Position numbers and translations under genes: made by a program. The notes under the pieces are model-generated. The model was not told the DNA's origin. It made no database searches and saw only the letters and a list, made by a program, of their open reading frames with translations. Shown here piece after piece: positions 8,441-17,923 of a stretch of 64,000 bases of DNA. This DNA comes from Gemmatimonadota bacterium (lineage in GTDB: Bacteria; Gemmatimonadota; Gemmatimonadetes; Gemmatimonadales; Gemmatimonadaceae): the NCBI GenBank assembly GCA_023249375.1, contig JAHFCT010000002.1, positions 60,202-124,201 of the forward strand. The letters are read 5' to 3'. Every line of letters begins with the position of its first letter. The first letter of the stretch is position 1.

Positions 8441-9358
8441 CTAATCGCGGCGGAACAACCCCTTCATCTTGCCGAAGAAGCCGCCCTCGTCGGGGCCGGC
8501 GAGGACATCGGGCGCGAGCAGGCACTGCTGAAGCGCACCCGAGAACGATAGTACGTCGGAGTATCTCGATTTCGGTGTGCGATCCAGGCCCTTCATGATG
8601 ACCTGCTCAACCGCCGGCGAGTACACCAGTCCAGGCTTTGCCTTGTTCAGCGGGAGCGGCGGCTGTGAAAGAAGCTGCGTGAACATCTCACGCGGCGTGC
8701 GCGCCGTGTACGGCAGGGCGCCGGCGAGAAGGAGATAGGCGATCGTCGCCAGGCTGTACTGATCTGCCGCCGGCGTGACCACCTCACCGGACAGCGCTTC
8801 AGGAGCCACGTACATGAGCGTGCCCACGAAGAACCCGGCGCGCGTGAGACGCTCGTCCTGTGAGACGTCCGTCGCTGTTGCGATGCCGAAGTCGAGCAGT
8901 TTGACGCTGCGTGTTTCCGGATCGTACATGAGGTTTTCCGGCTTCAGGTCACGATGCACGATGCCCGCTTCGTGCGCCGCGTTGACCGCTTCGGCGATTT
9001 GCTGAATGATCGTCGCCACCTCATCCGGCGGGAGCGGGGCGTTGCGCTTGGCGTATCCTTCGAGGATCTCGCCCGGCGCCCACTCGATCGCGAGGTAGTG
9101 CAGCCCCTCGGGAGACTGGCCGGTTTCGATCGTGCGCACCACCTTGGGGTGGATTACCCGCGTTCCAAATGTGGCTTCGCGGACAAAACGCGTAACCGCG
9201 GTACGATCCTGACGCAGGCGTTCGCGCAGTACCTTTACCGCAACGGATCCGTGTTCTGGGTGCTCGGCCTTGTAGACGGTGGCAGTGCCACCTTCTCCAA
9301 CGCGGTCGAGCAAGAGGTATCCGGCAACGGTCGTGCCGACGAGGGGGTCGCGAGCCAC
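8441..9358 (-). CDS. serine/threonine protein kinase (kinase domain only)
   Basis: Hanks-type motifs are present: GEGGTATVYKA, VAVK, HRDLKPENL, DFG and APE. Confidence 0.88.
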   Translation of the reverse strand: MARDPLVGTTVAGYLLLDRVGEGGTATVYKAEHPEHGSVAVKVLRERLRQDRTAVTRFVREATFGTRVIHPKVVRTIETGQSPEGLHYLAIEWAPGEILEGYAKRNAPLPPDEVATIIQQIAEAVNAAHEAGIVHRDLKPENLMYDPETRSVKLLDFGIATATDVSQDERLTRAGFFVGTLMYVAPEALSGEVVTPAADQYSLATIAYLLLAGALPYTARTPREMFTQLLSQPPLPLNKAKPGLVYSPAVEQVIMKGLDRTPKSRYSDVLSFSGALQQCLLAPDVLAGPDEGGFFGKMKGLFRRD

Positions 9359-9435
9359 GCGGCGAACCTAACGGCGGGTGACGGTGCTGGCAAGGAACGC
9401 GTGACCCTGAGCTCATTCATGGGGTAGTGGTTATC

Positions 9436-10839
9436 ATGCCGAACGTGTTGCGTCGAATGAACTCCAAGTATCAACTGGTCGCCGTCCTCGCAACGCTTGC
9501 GGCGTGCGGGGGCCAGTCGAAACCGCCCGGTTCGAGCCCGGCGCCACGCGCGGCAGGGGCGCCGGCCGCCCGGCCCTTGAGCGCGGGGCCCGAGTTCGAT
9601 GCGATGCGCCTCTACACGCAGATGGGATTTCTCGCGGCCAGCGCACCAATGCCATTTGTCGGCGCGGTCTCCTATATCGCCTCGGCGACGCCCGATTCCA
9701 CGGACGTGACTGTTGGCCTGTCGATGGCCAACGCCGCCTTTGCGTTTGCGCGCGACAACGACCGCTTTGTCGCCGGTTACACGGCGGCGATCACCGTTCG
9801 TCAGGGTGGAACGGTAGTTCGTGACATCGACGCCCACGAGACGGTCCGTGTGGCGGCGTACAAGGAGACAAGTCGCATTGACGAAAGCGTGGTGTTCCAG
9901 CAGGGTATGCTGCTCGCGCCGGGACGGTACGCGCTGGCGGTCTCGGTTCGCGACGACGGCACCGGGCGCACGAGCACGCAGGAAACGCTGATCACGGTGC
10001 CTCGCCTCGGCACAGCCGGAACACTATCAACGCCGGTTCCATTTCTGCGGGCCACGCCACGCCGGTCCCGCGCTGCGGTGGCCGAGGTCGTGGGCAATCC
10101 GAGGGCAACCGCAATTTTTGGTCGCGACAGCAGCATTGCATTGTATGTCGAGGGCTACGGTGATGGCGAACAACTCCCACTGACCCTCGAAGCGCGCAGT
10201 GAAGCGGGACGTGTGCTATGGCACGACAATGCCTCGCTGGCGCGGCATGGCGATTTGTTCAGCGGCGTGGTGTCCGTGCCAGTTTCCAAGATCGGCATTG
10301 GTGTGGCCGTGGTATCAATGTGGCAGGCTGCATCAAGCGACACGGTGCGGGCGCCCGTGTTCGTCGCCTTCGGCGAAGGACTTCCTGTCGCGAAGTTCGA
10401 AGACATGCTGACATACCTGCGCTGGTTCGCCGCGCCGTATCGTCTGAAATCGTTGCGCGACACGATTCCCGAGGCGCGTCCGGCCGCGTGGACCGCGTTC
10501 GTGAAGGCCACCGATTCCAGCCCGCTGACTCCAGTCAACGAAGACCTGCTGGAGTATTTTGGGAGGTTGCTGGTTGTGACCGTGCGCTTCCGCGAGGAAG
10601 GCACACCGGGGTGGATGACAGACCGCGGCAAGGTCTACCTCGGGATGGGCGAGCCAGACCAGATCTATGATCAGGGGCTCAGTGGTTATGGCGAACGTGG
10701 CCGGTCGCAAGTCTGGGAATACCGGTCCCTGAGCAGTCAGCTGATCTTCTACGATCAGTCCGGATTCGGTCGCTGGCGGCTGACCAACTCAAGCGAGATG
10801 GAATTCCTGGCGCAGTGGCAGCGGCGAACCAACCACTAG
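9436..10839 (+). CDS. GWxTD domain-containing lipoprotein
   Basis: The signal/lipobox is LATLAACGG. The C-terminal motif GWMTDRGKVYLGMGEPDQIY matches the GWxTD family. The start could be the ATG at 9436 or at 9457. Confidence 0.75.
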   Translation: MPNVLRRMNSKYQLVAVLATLAACGGQSKPPGSSPAPRAAGAPAARPLSAGPEFDAMRLYTQMGFLAASAPMPFVGAVSYIASATPDSTDVTVGLSMANAAFAFARDNDRFVAGYTAAITVRQGGTVVRDIDAHETVRVAAYKETSRIDESVVFQQGMLLAPGRYALAVSVRDDGTGRTSTQETLITVPRLGTAGTLSTPVPFLRATPRRSRAAVAEVVGNPRATAIFGRDSSIALYVEGYGDGEQLPLTLEARSEAGRVLWHDNASLARHGDLFSGVVSVPVSKIGIGVAVVSMWQAASSDTVRAPVFVAFGEGLPVAKFEDMLTYLRWFAAPYRLKSLRDTIPEARPAAWTAFVKATDSSPLTPVNEDLLEYFGRLLVVTVRFREEGTPGWMTDRGKVYLGMGEPDQIYDQGLSGYGERGRSQVWEYRSLSSQLIFYDQSGFGRWRLTNSSEMEFLAQWQRRTNH

Positions 10840-10868
10840 CCGCCGCACTCGCGCGCCCTTCTCTTCGC

Positions 10869-10897
10869 TTGACACCCGCGCCTGGTCGCCGTAAGAC
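10869..10897 (+). promoter_or_regulatory. candidate sigma-70 promoter of the first csp gene
   Basis: TTGACA (10869-10874) is followed by a 17-nt spacer and TAAGAC (10892-10897). It lies about 65 nt upstream of the ATG. Confidence 0.4.
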
Positions 10898-10962
10898 AAA
10901 GACGCGGGCCGGCTGCCCTGTCGGCTGAGACGCGCAAGGTCCACCGGGCGCAGGAGGCAGAA

Positions 10963-11163
10963 ATGCTGAAGGGGAAGGTGAAGTGGTTCAATGACGCCAA
11001 GGGCTACGGGTTCATCGAACAGGAAGGCGGAGAGGATGTCTTCGTGCATTTCTCGGCCATCCAGATGGACGGGTTCAAGACCCTCGCCGAGGGCCAGGCC
11101 GTCGAGTTCGAGGTAACGACCGGTGACAAAGGTCTGCACGCCTCGAGCGTCATGCGCGCTTGA
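10963..11163 (+). CDS. cold-shock protein, CspA family
   Basis: The sequence [33 protein letters not shown] carries the RNP1 and RNP2 motifs. AGGAGG lies upstream of the start. Confidence 0.93.
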   Translation: MLKGKVKWFNDAKGYGFIEQEGGEDVFVHFSAIQMDGFKTLAEGQAVEFEVTTGDKGLHASSVMRA

Positions 11164-11197
11164 CGGCGACCAGCCGATAGAGCCACGCACTGCGCCA

Positions 11198-11230
11198 CGG
11201 CCGCCTGTTCGCTTCTGGAACGGGCGGCCG
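11198..11230 (+). terminator. hairpin downstream of csp
   Basis: CGGCCGCCTGTTC (11198-11210) pairs with GAACGGGCGGCCG (11218-11230) as a 13-bp stem with one G-U pair and a 7-nt loop. It is followed by CGATCGTTTCGG. Confidence 0.55.
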
Positions 11231-11279
11231 CGATCGTTTCGGCTGGTAATCCCCCGACCTTCCGCCCAACTTTGACCGC

Positions 11280-14171
11280 ATGTCGCAACCGCAGGGTCCC
11301 CGCCTCTTCCTCGTCGACGGCTATGCGCTGATCTACCGCGCCTTCTTCGCCCTCGGCCAGCAACCGCTCCGCAGCAGTCGCGGCGAGAACACGTCCATTG
11401 CCCGCGGCACGAACGATTTCATCGCGCGGCTCATCGAGAAGCACAAACCAGAGTATCTCGGATGGGTGCACGACAAGGGGCTGTCGTTCCGCCACGAGCT
11501 CTACCCGGCGTACAAGGCGACACGAGAACGGCTGGAGCCGGAGCTACAGATTGACTTCGACGAAGGCGTGACGCGCGTCGAGCAGTTGCTCGAAGGATAT
11601 CGAATTCCAGTGCTCTCTCTCGAAGGATATGAAGCCGACGACGTGATTGGCACGCTGGCGCGTCAGGCCGTAGAGGCAGGCATCAATGTCGTGATCGTGT
11701 CGGGGGACAAGGATTTTGCTCAGCTCGTCCGCCCTGGCGTATGGATCCTGAATCCATGGCACGGCCGGCCGGGCGCCACGACGGAAAAATGGTACGACAC
11801 CGAGAACGTCTCGGAACGGCTGGGCGTGCCCGCGGAACGCGTCGTGGACTTTCTTGCGCTCAAGGGCGACGCCTCGGATAACGTGCCCGGTGTGAAGGGA
11901 ATCGGCGACAAGTCCGGCGTCGAACTGATCGCCAAATGGGGACCGCTTGAGAACATTCTCGCGCACGTGGAGGAGGTCGAACCCACGCGGGCGCGCAACG
12001 CGCTGAAGGAGTTCGGCGCCAGCGGCGTGCTCTCAAAGGAGCTGGTGACCATTCGAGATGATCTGTCGACGACGCTTGACCTTTCGGCACTCACCCTTGA
12101 AACACCGGACTGGACGCGGCTTCGTGACCTGTTTGTGCATCTGGAGTTCACGACGGCGGCGCGGAAAGCGGGCGCTCAAGCGGCCGCAACGGGCAACACG
12201 GCTCCGGTCGCGCCGGTGTCCAGTCAGCACGAGGCGTTCGAGCCATCGGCCGCCGAGGCAGCGCCCACCGCACCCGCGGTCGAGGCGCACTATGTGACCG
12301 TCGACACCCTTGATGCGCTGCGCCGAGTGGTCGCGCGCTGTCGAGAGGCGGGACGGATAGCCGTTGACACAGAAACCACTCTCGATGACGGCGCACCGCC
12401 TATCGTGACGCCCCTGCGCGCCAACCTGGTGTCGATCTCCATTGGTGTGGTTCCGGGTGAGGCGTATTACCTGCCATTCGCCCACCGTGGAAAGCGGGCG
12501 GGACAAGGTGCGCTGGACCTTGGCGATGCCACACCGGTGCCGGAGATCACGACAATTCGAAATCTGCCGCCGTTGATGAGCGACGAGATGGCGCCGCTGC
12601 GTGCGCTGCTCGAGGATCGGGCGGTACACAAGACGGCGCACAACGCCAAGTACGACCTGCTCGTGCTGCGGCGCGCCGGCGTGACACTGCGCGGCCTCGA
12701 CTTCGATTCAATGCTCGCGAGCTACGTGCTCGATCCCGGCCGGCGGTCGCACGCCATTGATGCGCTCGCGCTGGAGTTCCTCGGCCGCTCGATGACGGGC
12801 TACGATGAAATCTGCGGCAAAGGCAAGAACGCCATTCCGTTTGACGAAGTTCCAGTCGATACGGCGCGGGATTACTCGTGCGCCGACAGTGACATCGCCT
12901 TGCAGCTGCGCGCGCGCTTCGAGCCCCGCCTCAAAGAACATGCGCTCACGGCGCTGCTCGCCGAGATGGAGCTGCCGCTCATTGGCGTCCTCGCGGACAT
13001 GGAATGGGCGGGCATCACGATCGATGTGCGCTGGTTCGCGTCGCTCAAGGAACGCTTCGCGCGGGAACGGGGCGCGGTCGAGCAGCAGATCTACGAAGCG
13101 GCCGGCGAAGAATTCAACATCAACTCCAACCCAAAGCTGCGCGAAATTCTCTTTGGCAAGCTTGGGCTTCCCGTCAAGAAGAAAACCGCAACCGGTCCGT
13201 CCACGGATGCTTCCGTGCTGCAGGAACTGGCCGACGAAGGACACGCCCTGCCATCGCTGCTCATGGAGTACCGCGAACTCTCCAAGCTGGAAAATACATA
13301 TCTCGACACGCTGCCTGCGCTTGTGAATCCTCGCACGGGACGCCTGCACACATCGTTCAATCAAACCGTCGCGAGCACCGGACGGCTCTCGTCCTCGGAT
13401 CCGAATCTCCAGAACATTCCCATCCGTCGAGAGCTCGGAAAAGCCATCCGCCGCGGCTTCGTGCCGCGCACCGGATGGAAGCTGCTGGCTGCTGACTACT
13501 CGCAGATCGAACTGCGACTACTGGCACATCTCTCGCACGATCCAGCCTTCGTCTCGGCGTTCAACGCCGGCGGTGATATCCATCGTCAAACCGCGTCGGT
13601 GATCTTTGGCGTTCCGGTCGATGCGGTGTCATCCGAAATGCGCGCCCGCGCCAAGACCATCAACTTCGCCACCATCTACGGACAGGGAGCGCACTCACTC
13701 TCCCGCCAGCTCAAGATCGAGCACGCCGAAGCCCGCGCGTTTATCGACACGTATTTTGAACGATTCTCCGGCGTGCGCGCATTTCTCGACAGTACGGTGG
13801 CCCAGGCCAAGCAGCGCGGCTACGTGGAAACGATCTTCCGGCGCCGGCGCTATATCCCCGAGCTGCAAGATCGCAACTTCAACATCCGCGCATTTGGCGA
13901 ACGGACCGCGCAGAACTCACCGATTCAGGGTTCGGCCGCTGACCTCATCAAAGTGGCGATGATTCACATCCACGCGGCCCTCGCGACCTCGCGGCTTGCC
14001 GCCACGATGCTTCTGCAGGTGCACGACGAACTCGTCTTCGAATCGCCACCAGAAGAACTCGACGCCCTACGCGCGCTCGTCGATCGTGCGATGACCACCG
14101 CCGTTGTACTGGACGTGCCACTGGTCGTCGATATCGGGATCGGCGATAACTGGCTCGACTGCAAGAGCTAG
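11280..14171 (+). CDS. polA: DNA polymerase I
   Basis: The N-terminus is the 5'-3' exonuclease domain (LFLVDGYALIYRAFFAL). Polymerase motif A is DYSQIELRLLAHLS, motif B is RARAKTINFATIYG and motif C is QVHDELVFE. Confidence 0.96.
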   Translation: MSQPQGPRLFLVDGYALIYRAFFALGQQPLRSSRGENTSIARGTNDFIARLIEKHKPEYLGWVHDKGLSFRHELYPAYKATRERLEPELQIDFDEGVTRVEQLLEGYRIPVLSLEGYEADDVIGTLARQAVEAGINVVIVSGDKDFAQLVRPGVWILNPWHGRPGATTEKWYDTENVSERLGVPAERVVDFLALKGDASDNVPGVKGIGDKSGVELIAKWGPLENILAHVEEVEPTRARNALKEFGASGVLSKELVTIRDDLSTTLDLSALTLETPDWTRLRDLFVHLEFTTAARKAGAQAAATGNTAPVAPVSSQHEAFEPSAAEAAPTAPAVEAHYVTVDTLDALRRVVARCREAGRIAVDTETTLDDGAPPIVTPLRANLVSISIGVVPGEAYYLPFAHRGKRAGQGALDLGDATPVPEITTIRNLPPLMSDEMAPLRALLEDRAVHKTAHNAKYDLLVLRRAGVTLRGLDFDSMLASYVLDPGRRSHAIDALALEFLGRSMTGYDEICGKGKNAIPFDEVPVDTARDYSCADSDIALQLRARFEPRLKEHALTALLAEMELPLIGVLADMEWAGITIDVRWFASLKERFARERGAVEQQIYEAAGEEFNINSNPKLREILFGKLGLPVKKKTATGPSTDASVLQELADEGHALPSLLMEYRELSKLENTYLDTLPALVNPRTGRLHTSFNQTVASTGRLSSSDPNLQNIPIRRELGKAIRRGFVPRTGWKLLAADYSQIELRLLAHLSHDPAFVSAFNAGGDIHRQTASVIFGVPVDAVSSEMRARAKTINFATIYGQGAHSLSRQLKIEHAEARAFIDTYFERFSGVRAFLDSTVAQAKQRGYVETIFRRRRYIPELQDRNFNIRAFGERTAQNSPIQGSAADLIKVAMIHIHAALATSRLAATMLLQVHDELVFESPPEELDALRALVDRAMTTAVVLDVPLVVDIGIGDNWLDCKS

Positions 14172-14293
14172 CGTCGAATTGCCGCAGCTTGCGAGGGTCT
14201 TGGCGAAACGAGTGACACAAAGTGACACCACCGGTTCGTTCCCTTGCGGTGCAACCTGTTGTTACTTATACGTTTGGTAGTTGCCGCGCACCG

Positions 14294-14308
14294 TGGCCCA
14301 GCGGTTGC
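14294..14308 (+). promoter_or_regulatory. sigma-54 (-24/-12) type promoter upstream of the pilin gene
   Basis: TGGCCCAGCGGTTGC matches TGGCAC-N5-TTGC, with GG and GC at the canonical spacing. It ends 95 nt upstream of the pilin ATG. Confidence 0.5.
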
Positions 14309-14402
14309 CATCATTTGGGTCAGCCCGTTTCAACCGGGGAATACGGGGATTCTCGTTTCCTGTGACCCAGGGCACAAATCGAACCCGAGCAGCCCACTGA
14401 TC

Positions 14403-14786
14403 ATGACAGCGCACCGCCGCGGTTTCACTCTGATCGAATTGCTGATTGTTGTCGTGATCATCGGCATTCTTGCGGCGATCGCGATTCCGAAATTTCAGAA
14501 CACAAAGGGCAAGGCAAACGCCGCAGCGCTCAAGTCGGACCTGCGCAATCTGGCCACGGCCCAGGAAGCGTATTTCTACGACTTCTCCACGTACGCGCCT
14601 GCCGTGACACAGTTGGCGTACAGCAGATCTCCGGGTGTTGTGCTGACGATCACGGCGGCGACCGCCTCGGGGTGGTCAGCCGTCGCAACACATCCGGCAT
14701 CCTATCCCCTGACGTGCGCCCTCTATCAGGGAAACGTGGCCGCGCAATCGCCGGCAACTGTCGAAGGGCTGATCGGCTGCCAGTAG
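14403..14786 (+). CDS. type IV pilin (prepilin-type N-terminal cleavage/methylation domain)
   Basis: MTAHRRGFTLIELLIVVVIIGILAAIAIPKF is the canonical class III signal (G/FTLIE). The start was set to the ATG at 14403. The upstream part of the track ORF is non-coding leader. Confidence 0.88.
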   Translation: MTAHRRGFTLIELLIVVVIIGILAAIAIPKFQNTKGKANAAALKSDLRNLATAQEAYFYDFSTYAPAVTQLAYSRSPGVVLTITAATASGWSAVATHPASYPLTCALYQGNVAAQSPATVEGLIGCQ

Positions 14787-14911
14787 GATCTCCAGAACCA
14801 CACTGGCCCGCCGTTCCTCCGTGGCGTGAGTTTGTGCGTCGCCGCGACGGCATGATACACGCTATGATGGGCGGGCTTTGGTTGCATCGCCATATCTGGA
14901 AGGGACGGGCC

Positions 14912-15082
14912 ATGGCGCACCTGGTGTCCATCGACCGGGAGAAACTCATCGCCACCGCGAGTGAGATTCATTTTCCCGTCGAGCGTCTTCAGTTCAAGCC
15001 GCTGAAGGATCCGCGCACCGGCCTGCGCCGCGATGCCTGGCATTTTGACCTCGGCGGTCCCTTCTTGCCGCCGGGCGGCTGA
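14912..15082 (+). CDS. possible small ORF (56 aa) translationally coupled to the next gene
   Basis: The ATG at 14912 follows GGAAGGGA. Third positions are GC-rich. The TGA stop overlaps the ATG of the 15082 gene (TGATG). I recognise no family. Confidence 0.3.
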   Translation: MAHLVSIDREKLIATASEIHFPVERLQFKPLKDPRTGLRRDAWHFDLGGPFLPPGG

Positions 15083-15930
15083 TGCGTCGCGCCCTGACCG
15101 CAGCGCTGTGCTTGCTGTCGTGCATGGTGGCGTGCGGGACGCCGCCAGCCGATCGAACTCCGGCGCCGGACGCGCCATTCCACGACGTATCATCGCGCGT
15201 TCCCACTGGCACCGCACCGGCTCCGTGGCCGGAGAACATCGGAAGTTTCCTCGCTGTGGACAACGTCACAAAGGGTGAGGCGCTGCTGTTCCGGCGTGAT
15301 ACGTCAAGCATGCCGGCATCGATCAGCGTCGTTGGCTTTGACTCCGCGAGCACGCGCGTGTCCCTGCGTGACGTGCGTGCGGTTCCCTGCGCGACGCGGG
15401 CGCTGCTCCGCGTGAACGGCGCTCCCGCAGGATGGAGTGTGGCGCTGGACTCGGCGCGAGCACGTCCGGTGCTGATCGACGCGCTGGAGGATCTGTCGCG
15501 TGCTGATTCGCAGCGGGTCGTCGTGCGAATCCAGCGCGTGCTCAATGCGCTGCCTGATTCCGGTGACGCAATGGAATTTCGCGGACTCCCTGTTGTCGTG
15601 CGCGATGCATGGGTTGTCCGGCTTCCGTCCGGACCCATCACCGTGGCGCGCGGCGCCCGCCTGCGAAACCTCGAAGCCACCGCGCACGAGGAACTTCGCT
15701 TCATCATCCTTGAGAACGACCAACCACGCTACATCGCCCGCGTTGCCGGCGACGAAGAAGTGGTGGAGTCATGGGACCTTCTTGCCGCAGTCGTTACTGA
15801 CCGAGGACCCGTCCTCGCCGTCGCGCGGGAAGGAACGCGAAGCCTCCAACTCGAACTGGTGGCGCTCGAGCGCGGGTCGTGGCGTTCGATCTGGCGCAGC
15901 GACGCGTTGACCTGTGCTTCCGGCAAGTAA
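15082..15930 (+). CDS. hypothetical lipoprotein
   Basis: The signal peptide with lipobox is MRRALTAALCLLSCMVACG. I recognise no family. Confidence 0.6.
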   Translation: MRRALTAALCLLSCMVACGTPPADRTPAPDAPFHDVSSRVPTGTAPAPWPENIGSFLAVDNVTKGEALLFRRDTSSMPASISVVGFDSASTRVSLRDVRAVPCATRALLRVNGAPAGWSVALDSARARPVLIDALEDLSRADSQRVVVRIQRVLNALPDSGDAMEFRGLPVVVRDAWVVRLPSGPITVARGARLRNLEATAHEELRFIILENDQPRYIARVAGDEEVVESWDLLAAVVTDRGPVLAVAREGTRSLQLELVALERGSWRSIWRSDALTCASGK

Positions 15931-15946
15931 CTCAGCTTGGCGTAAT

Positions 15947-15965
15947 GCACCGGACAGTCCGGTGC
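15947..15965. terminator. short hairpin between convergent genes
   Basis: GCACCGG and CCGGTGC form an inverted repeat around ACAGT. It sits in the 41-nt convergent spacer. Confidence 0.4.
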
Positions 15966-15971
15966 TCCCGT

Positions 15972-16895
15972 TCAGCGCGCCTCTTCCGCCAGTGGCGCAC
16001 CGAGCGCCGCGGGTGCAGCCGCTCGGCGCTGCGTGCCAGCCAGCACGAGGAGCGTAAGCACATACGGCAGCGCGAGAAACAGCTGATAGGGGACCGGCCA
16101 GCCGAGTGACTGGAAAACGTACTGTACTTGACTTGCCGCGCCAAACAGCAGCGCCGCGCCGGTGACACCCACGGGCGTCCAGCGCCCGAGTACCACAATG
16201 GCGATGGCGATGAACCCACGCCCGGCCGACATCCCTTCGGCAAAAGTGCCCACCTGCGCGAGCACCAGCACGCCTCCCGCCAGTCCTCCCATCGCACCGC
16301 CGAACACCAGCGCCCAGGCGCGCACCCGCACCGGTGAAAGTCCTGCCGCCAGTGCCGCCGCCGGGCGCTCGCCCGTGGCACGCAGTGCGAGCCCGGCGTG
16401 CGTGCGTGATATCCACCACCACAACAGGGCACCAAGGATGTACAGCGCGTACGTCACGGCGGGTTGCTCGAAGAACGCGCGGCCAACAAGAGGCAGTAGC
16501 GATAACCCGGGAACGGCGACCGGCGCAATGGTCGGCACGGACAGTGCGGCACCCTGCACGCCGTAGAGCGCACGATACAGTGTCCCTGTAAGCCCGAGCG
16601 AAAGCAGCGTGACCGCCGTGCCGGCAATCACCGCATCAGCACGAAGCCAGAGCACCACAAGCGCCATCACCGCCGCGGTTGCGCATCCCGCGCCGACCGC
16701 TACGGCAAATCCCGCCCCCACACCGCCGACGCCGGCACCGACGAGCGCTCCAAACGAGCCGGCGATCATTGCCCCCTCGAGACCGAGGTTGATCACACCG
16801 GCGCGTTCCACCACCAGCTCGCCATATGCCGCCAGTGCGAGCGGCGTGGCCGTACGCACCGAAGCCTGAAGAAACTCTGCCGCGTCGATGCTCAT
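15972..16895 (-). CDS. ABC transporter permease (BMP/nucleoside-type system)
   Basis: This is a polytopic membrane protein. Its start overlaps the upstream permease stop by 4 nt. It is the last gene of the five-gene operon. Confidence 0.88.
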   Translation of the reverse strand: MSIDAAEFLQASVRTATPLALAAYGELVVERAGVINLGLEGAMIAGSFGALVGAGVGGVGAGFAVAVGAGCATAAVMALVVLWLRADAVIAGTAVTLLSLGLTGTLYRALYGVQGAALSVPTIAPVAVPGLSLLPLVGRAFFEQPAVTYALYILGALLWWWISRTHAGLALRATGERPAAALAAGLSPVRVRAWALVFGGAMGGLAGGVLVLAQVGTFAEGMSAGRGFIAIAIVVLGRWTPVGVTGAALLFGAASQVQYVFQSLGWPVPYQLFLALPYVLTLLVLAGTQRRAAAPAALGAPLAEEAR

Positions 16896-17923
16896 GCCCG
16901 CTGCCCGCGCGTGCGCGCGTGATTGAACGCCAGCACGCCTAGCACGATCAGCGCTTCCACCACCGCCGCCAGCACAGAAGGAACGTTGGCATCGCGCTGC
17001 ATCGCGGCGGCTCCCGCTTCGAGCGCACCGAACAGCAGCGCCGTAAGAATGATCGCGAGCGGATGGAGCCGTGCGAGTAGCGCGACAGCGATGGCACTGT
17101 AGCCGTATCCCGGCGAGATACCTTCGTACAGCGCGAAGGTCACGCCCGTAGCCTCACTTGCCCCGCCTAGGCCCGCGAGCGCACCGCTCGCGAGAAAGAC
17201 CAGCGCTGCCGTACGGGCCGTATTCACCCCGCCGGCGCTCGACGCCGCGCGTACGCTCGCGCCAACCACACGCACACGGAAGCCCGCAGCAGTATGCGTG
17301 AGGAACCACCACACCGTGACCGCCAGCACAATCGCCAGCGGGAATCCGAGATGCAGACGATGTCCGGCGATCAGTGTCGGCATGTGCACCGACGGCGCGA
17401 GCTCCAGAGTCTGCGGATAAATCCGCGTTGGTTCCTGCAGAGGACCGCGGATTAGCCACGACACCACAGAGGTCGCCACGAAGTTCAGCATCAGCGTGCT
17501 GATGACCTCGAGCACCCCAAATCGCACTTTCAAGAAACCGGCAATGCCCGCCCAGATCGCGCCGGCAATTGCTCCTGCACCAAGAACCATCGGCAACGCG
17601 ACAAGCGGCGGCAGCCCGCCAACCCATAGCCCCACGGCGACCGCCGTTGCTGCTCCCGCAAGCAATTGTCCTTCGGCGCCGATGTTGAGAACACCAGCAC
17701 GAAACGCGAGACCTACGGACAACCCGACAAAGAGCAACGGGGTCGCGCGCACCAGCGTGGCGCTGAGCACGGCATAGGTGCTGCCAAACGCACCGTTCCA
17801 CAGCGCAGCCAGCGCTCGTGGCGTATCGTATCCGCCGACGGCGAGAATGCCCAAGACCGCGGCGACAATCACGGCCACCGTTGCCGCCATAATGGCCCAC
17901 CGAAGATCAGGGCGCCTGGTCAC
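16892..17923 (-). CDS. ABC transporter permease (BMP/nucleoside-type system)
   Basis: This is a polytopic membrane protein. Its start overlaps the ATPase stop by 4 nt. Confidence 0.88.
   Translation of the reverse strand: MTRRPDLRWAIMAATVAVIVAAVLGILAVGGYDTPRALAALWNGAFGSTYAVLSATLVRATPLLFVGLSVGLAFRAGVLNIGAEGQLLAGAATAVAVGLWVGGLPPLVALPMVLGAGAIAGAIWAGIAGFLKVRFGVLEVISTLMLNFVATSVVSWLIRGPLQEPTRIYPQTLELAPSVHMPTLIAGHRLHLGFPLAIVLAVTVWWFLTHTAAGFRVRVVGASVRAASSAGGVNTARTAALVFLASGALAGLGGASEATGVTFALYEGISPGYGYSAIAVALLARLHPLAIILTALLFGALEAGAAAMQRDANVPSVLAAVVEALIVLGVLAFNHARTRGQRA

Noticed and set aside
9521-9547. A tRNA T-arm-like string, GGTTCGAGCCC followed by GCGCCA.
   Set aside because: It lies inside the GWxTD lipoprotein CDS. 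No acceptor, D or anticodon arms can be built around it.
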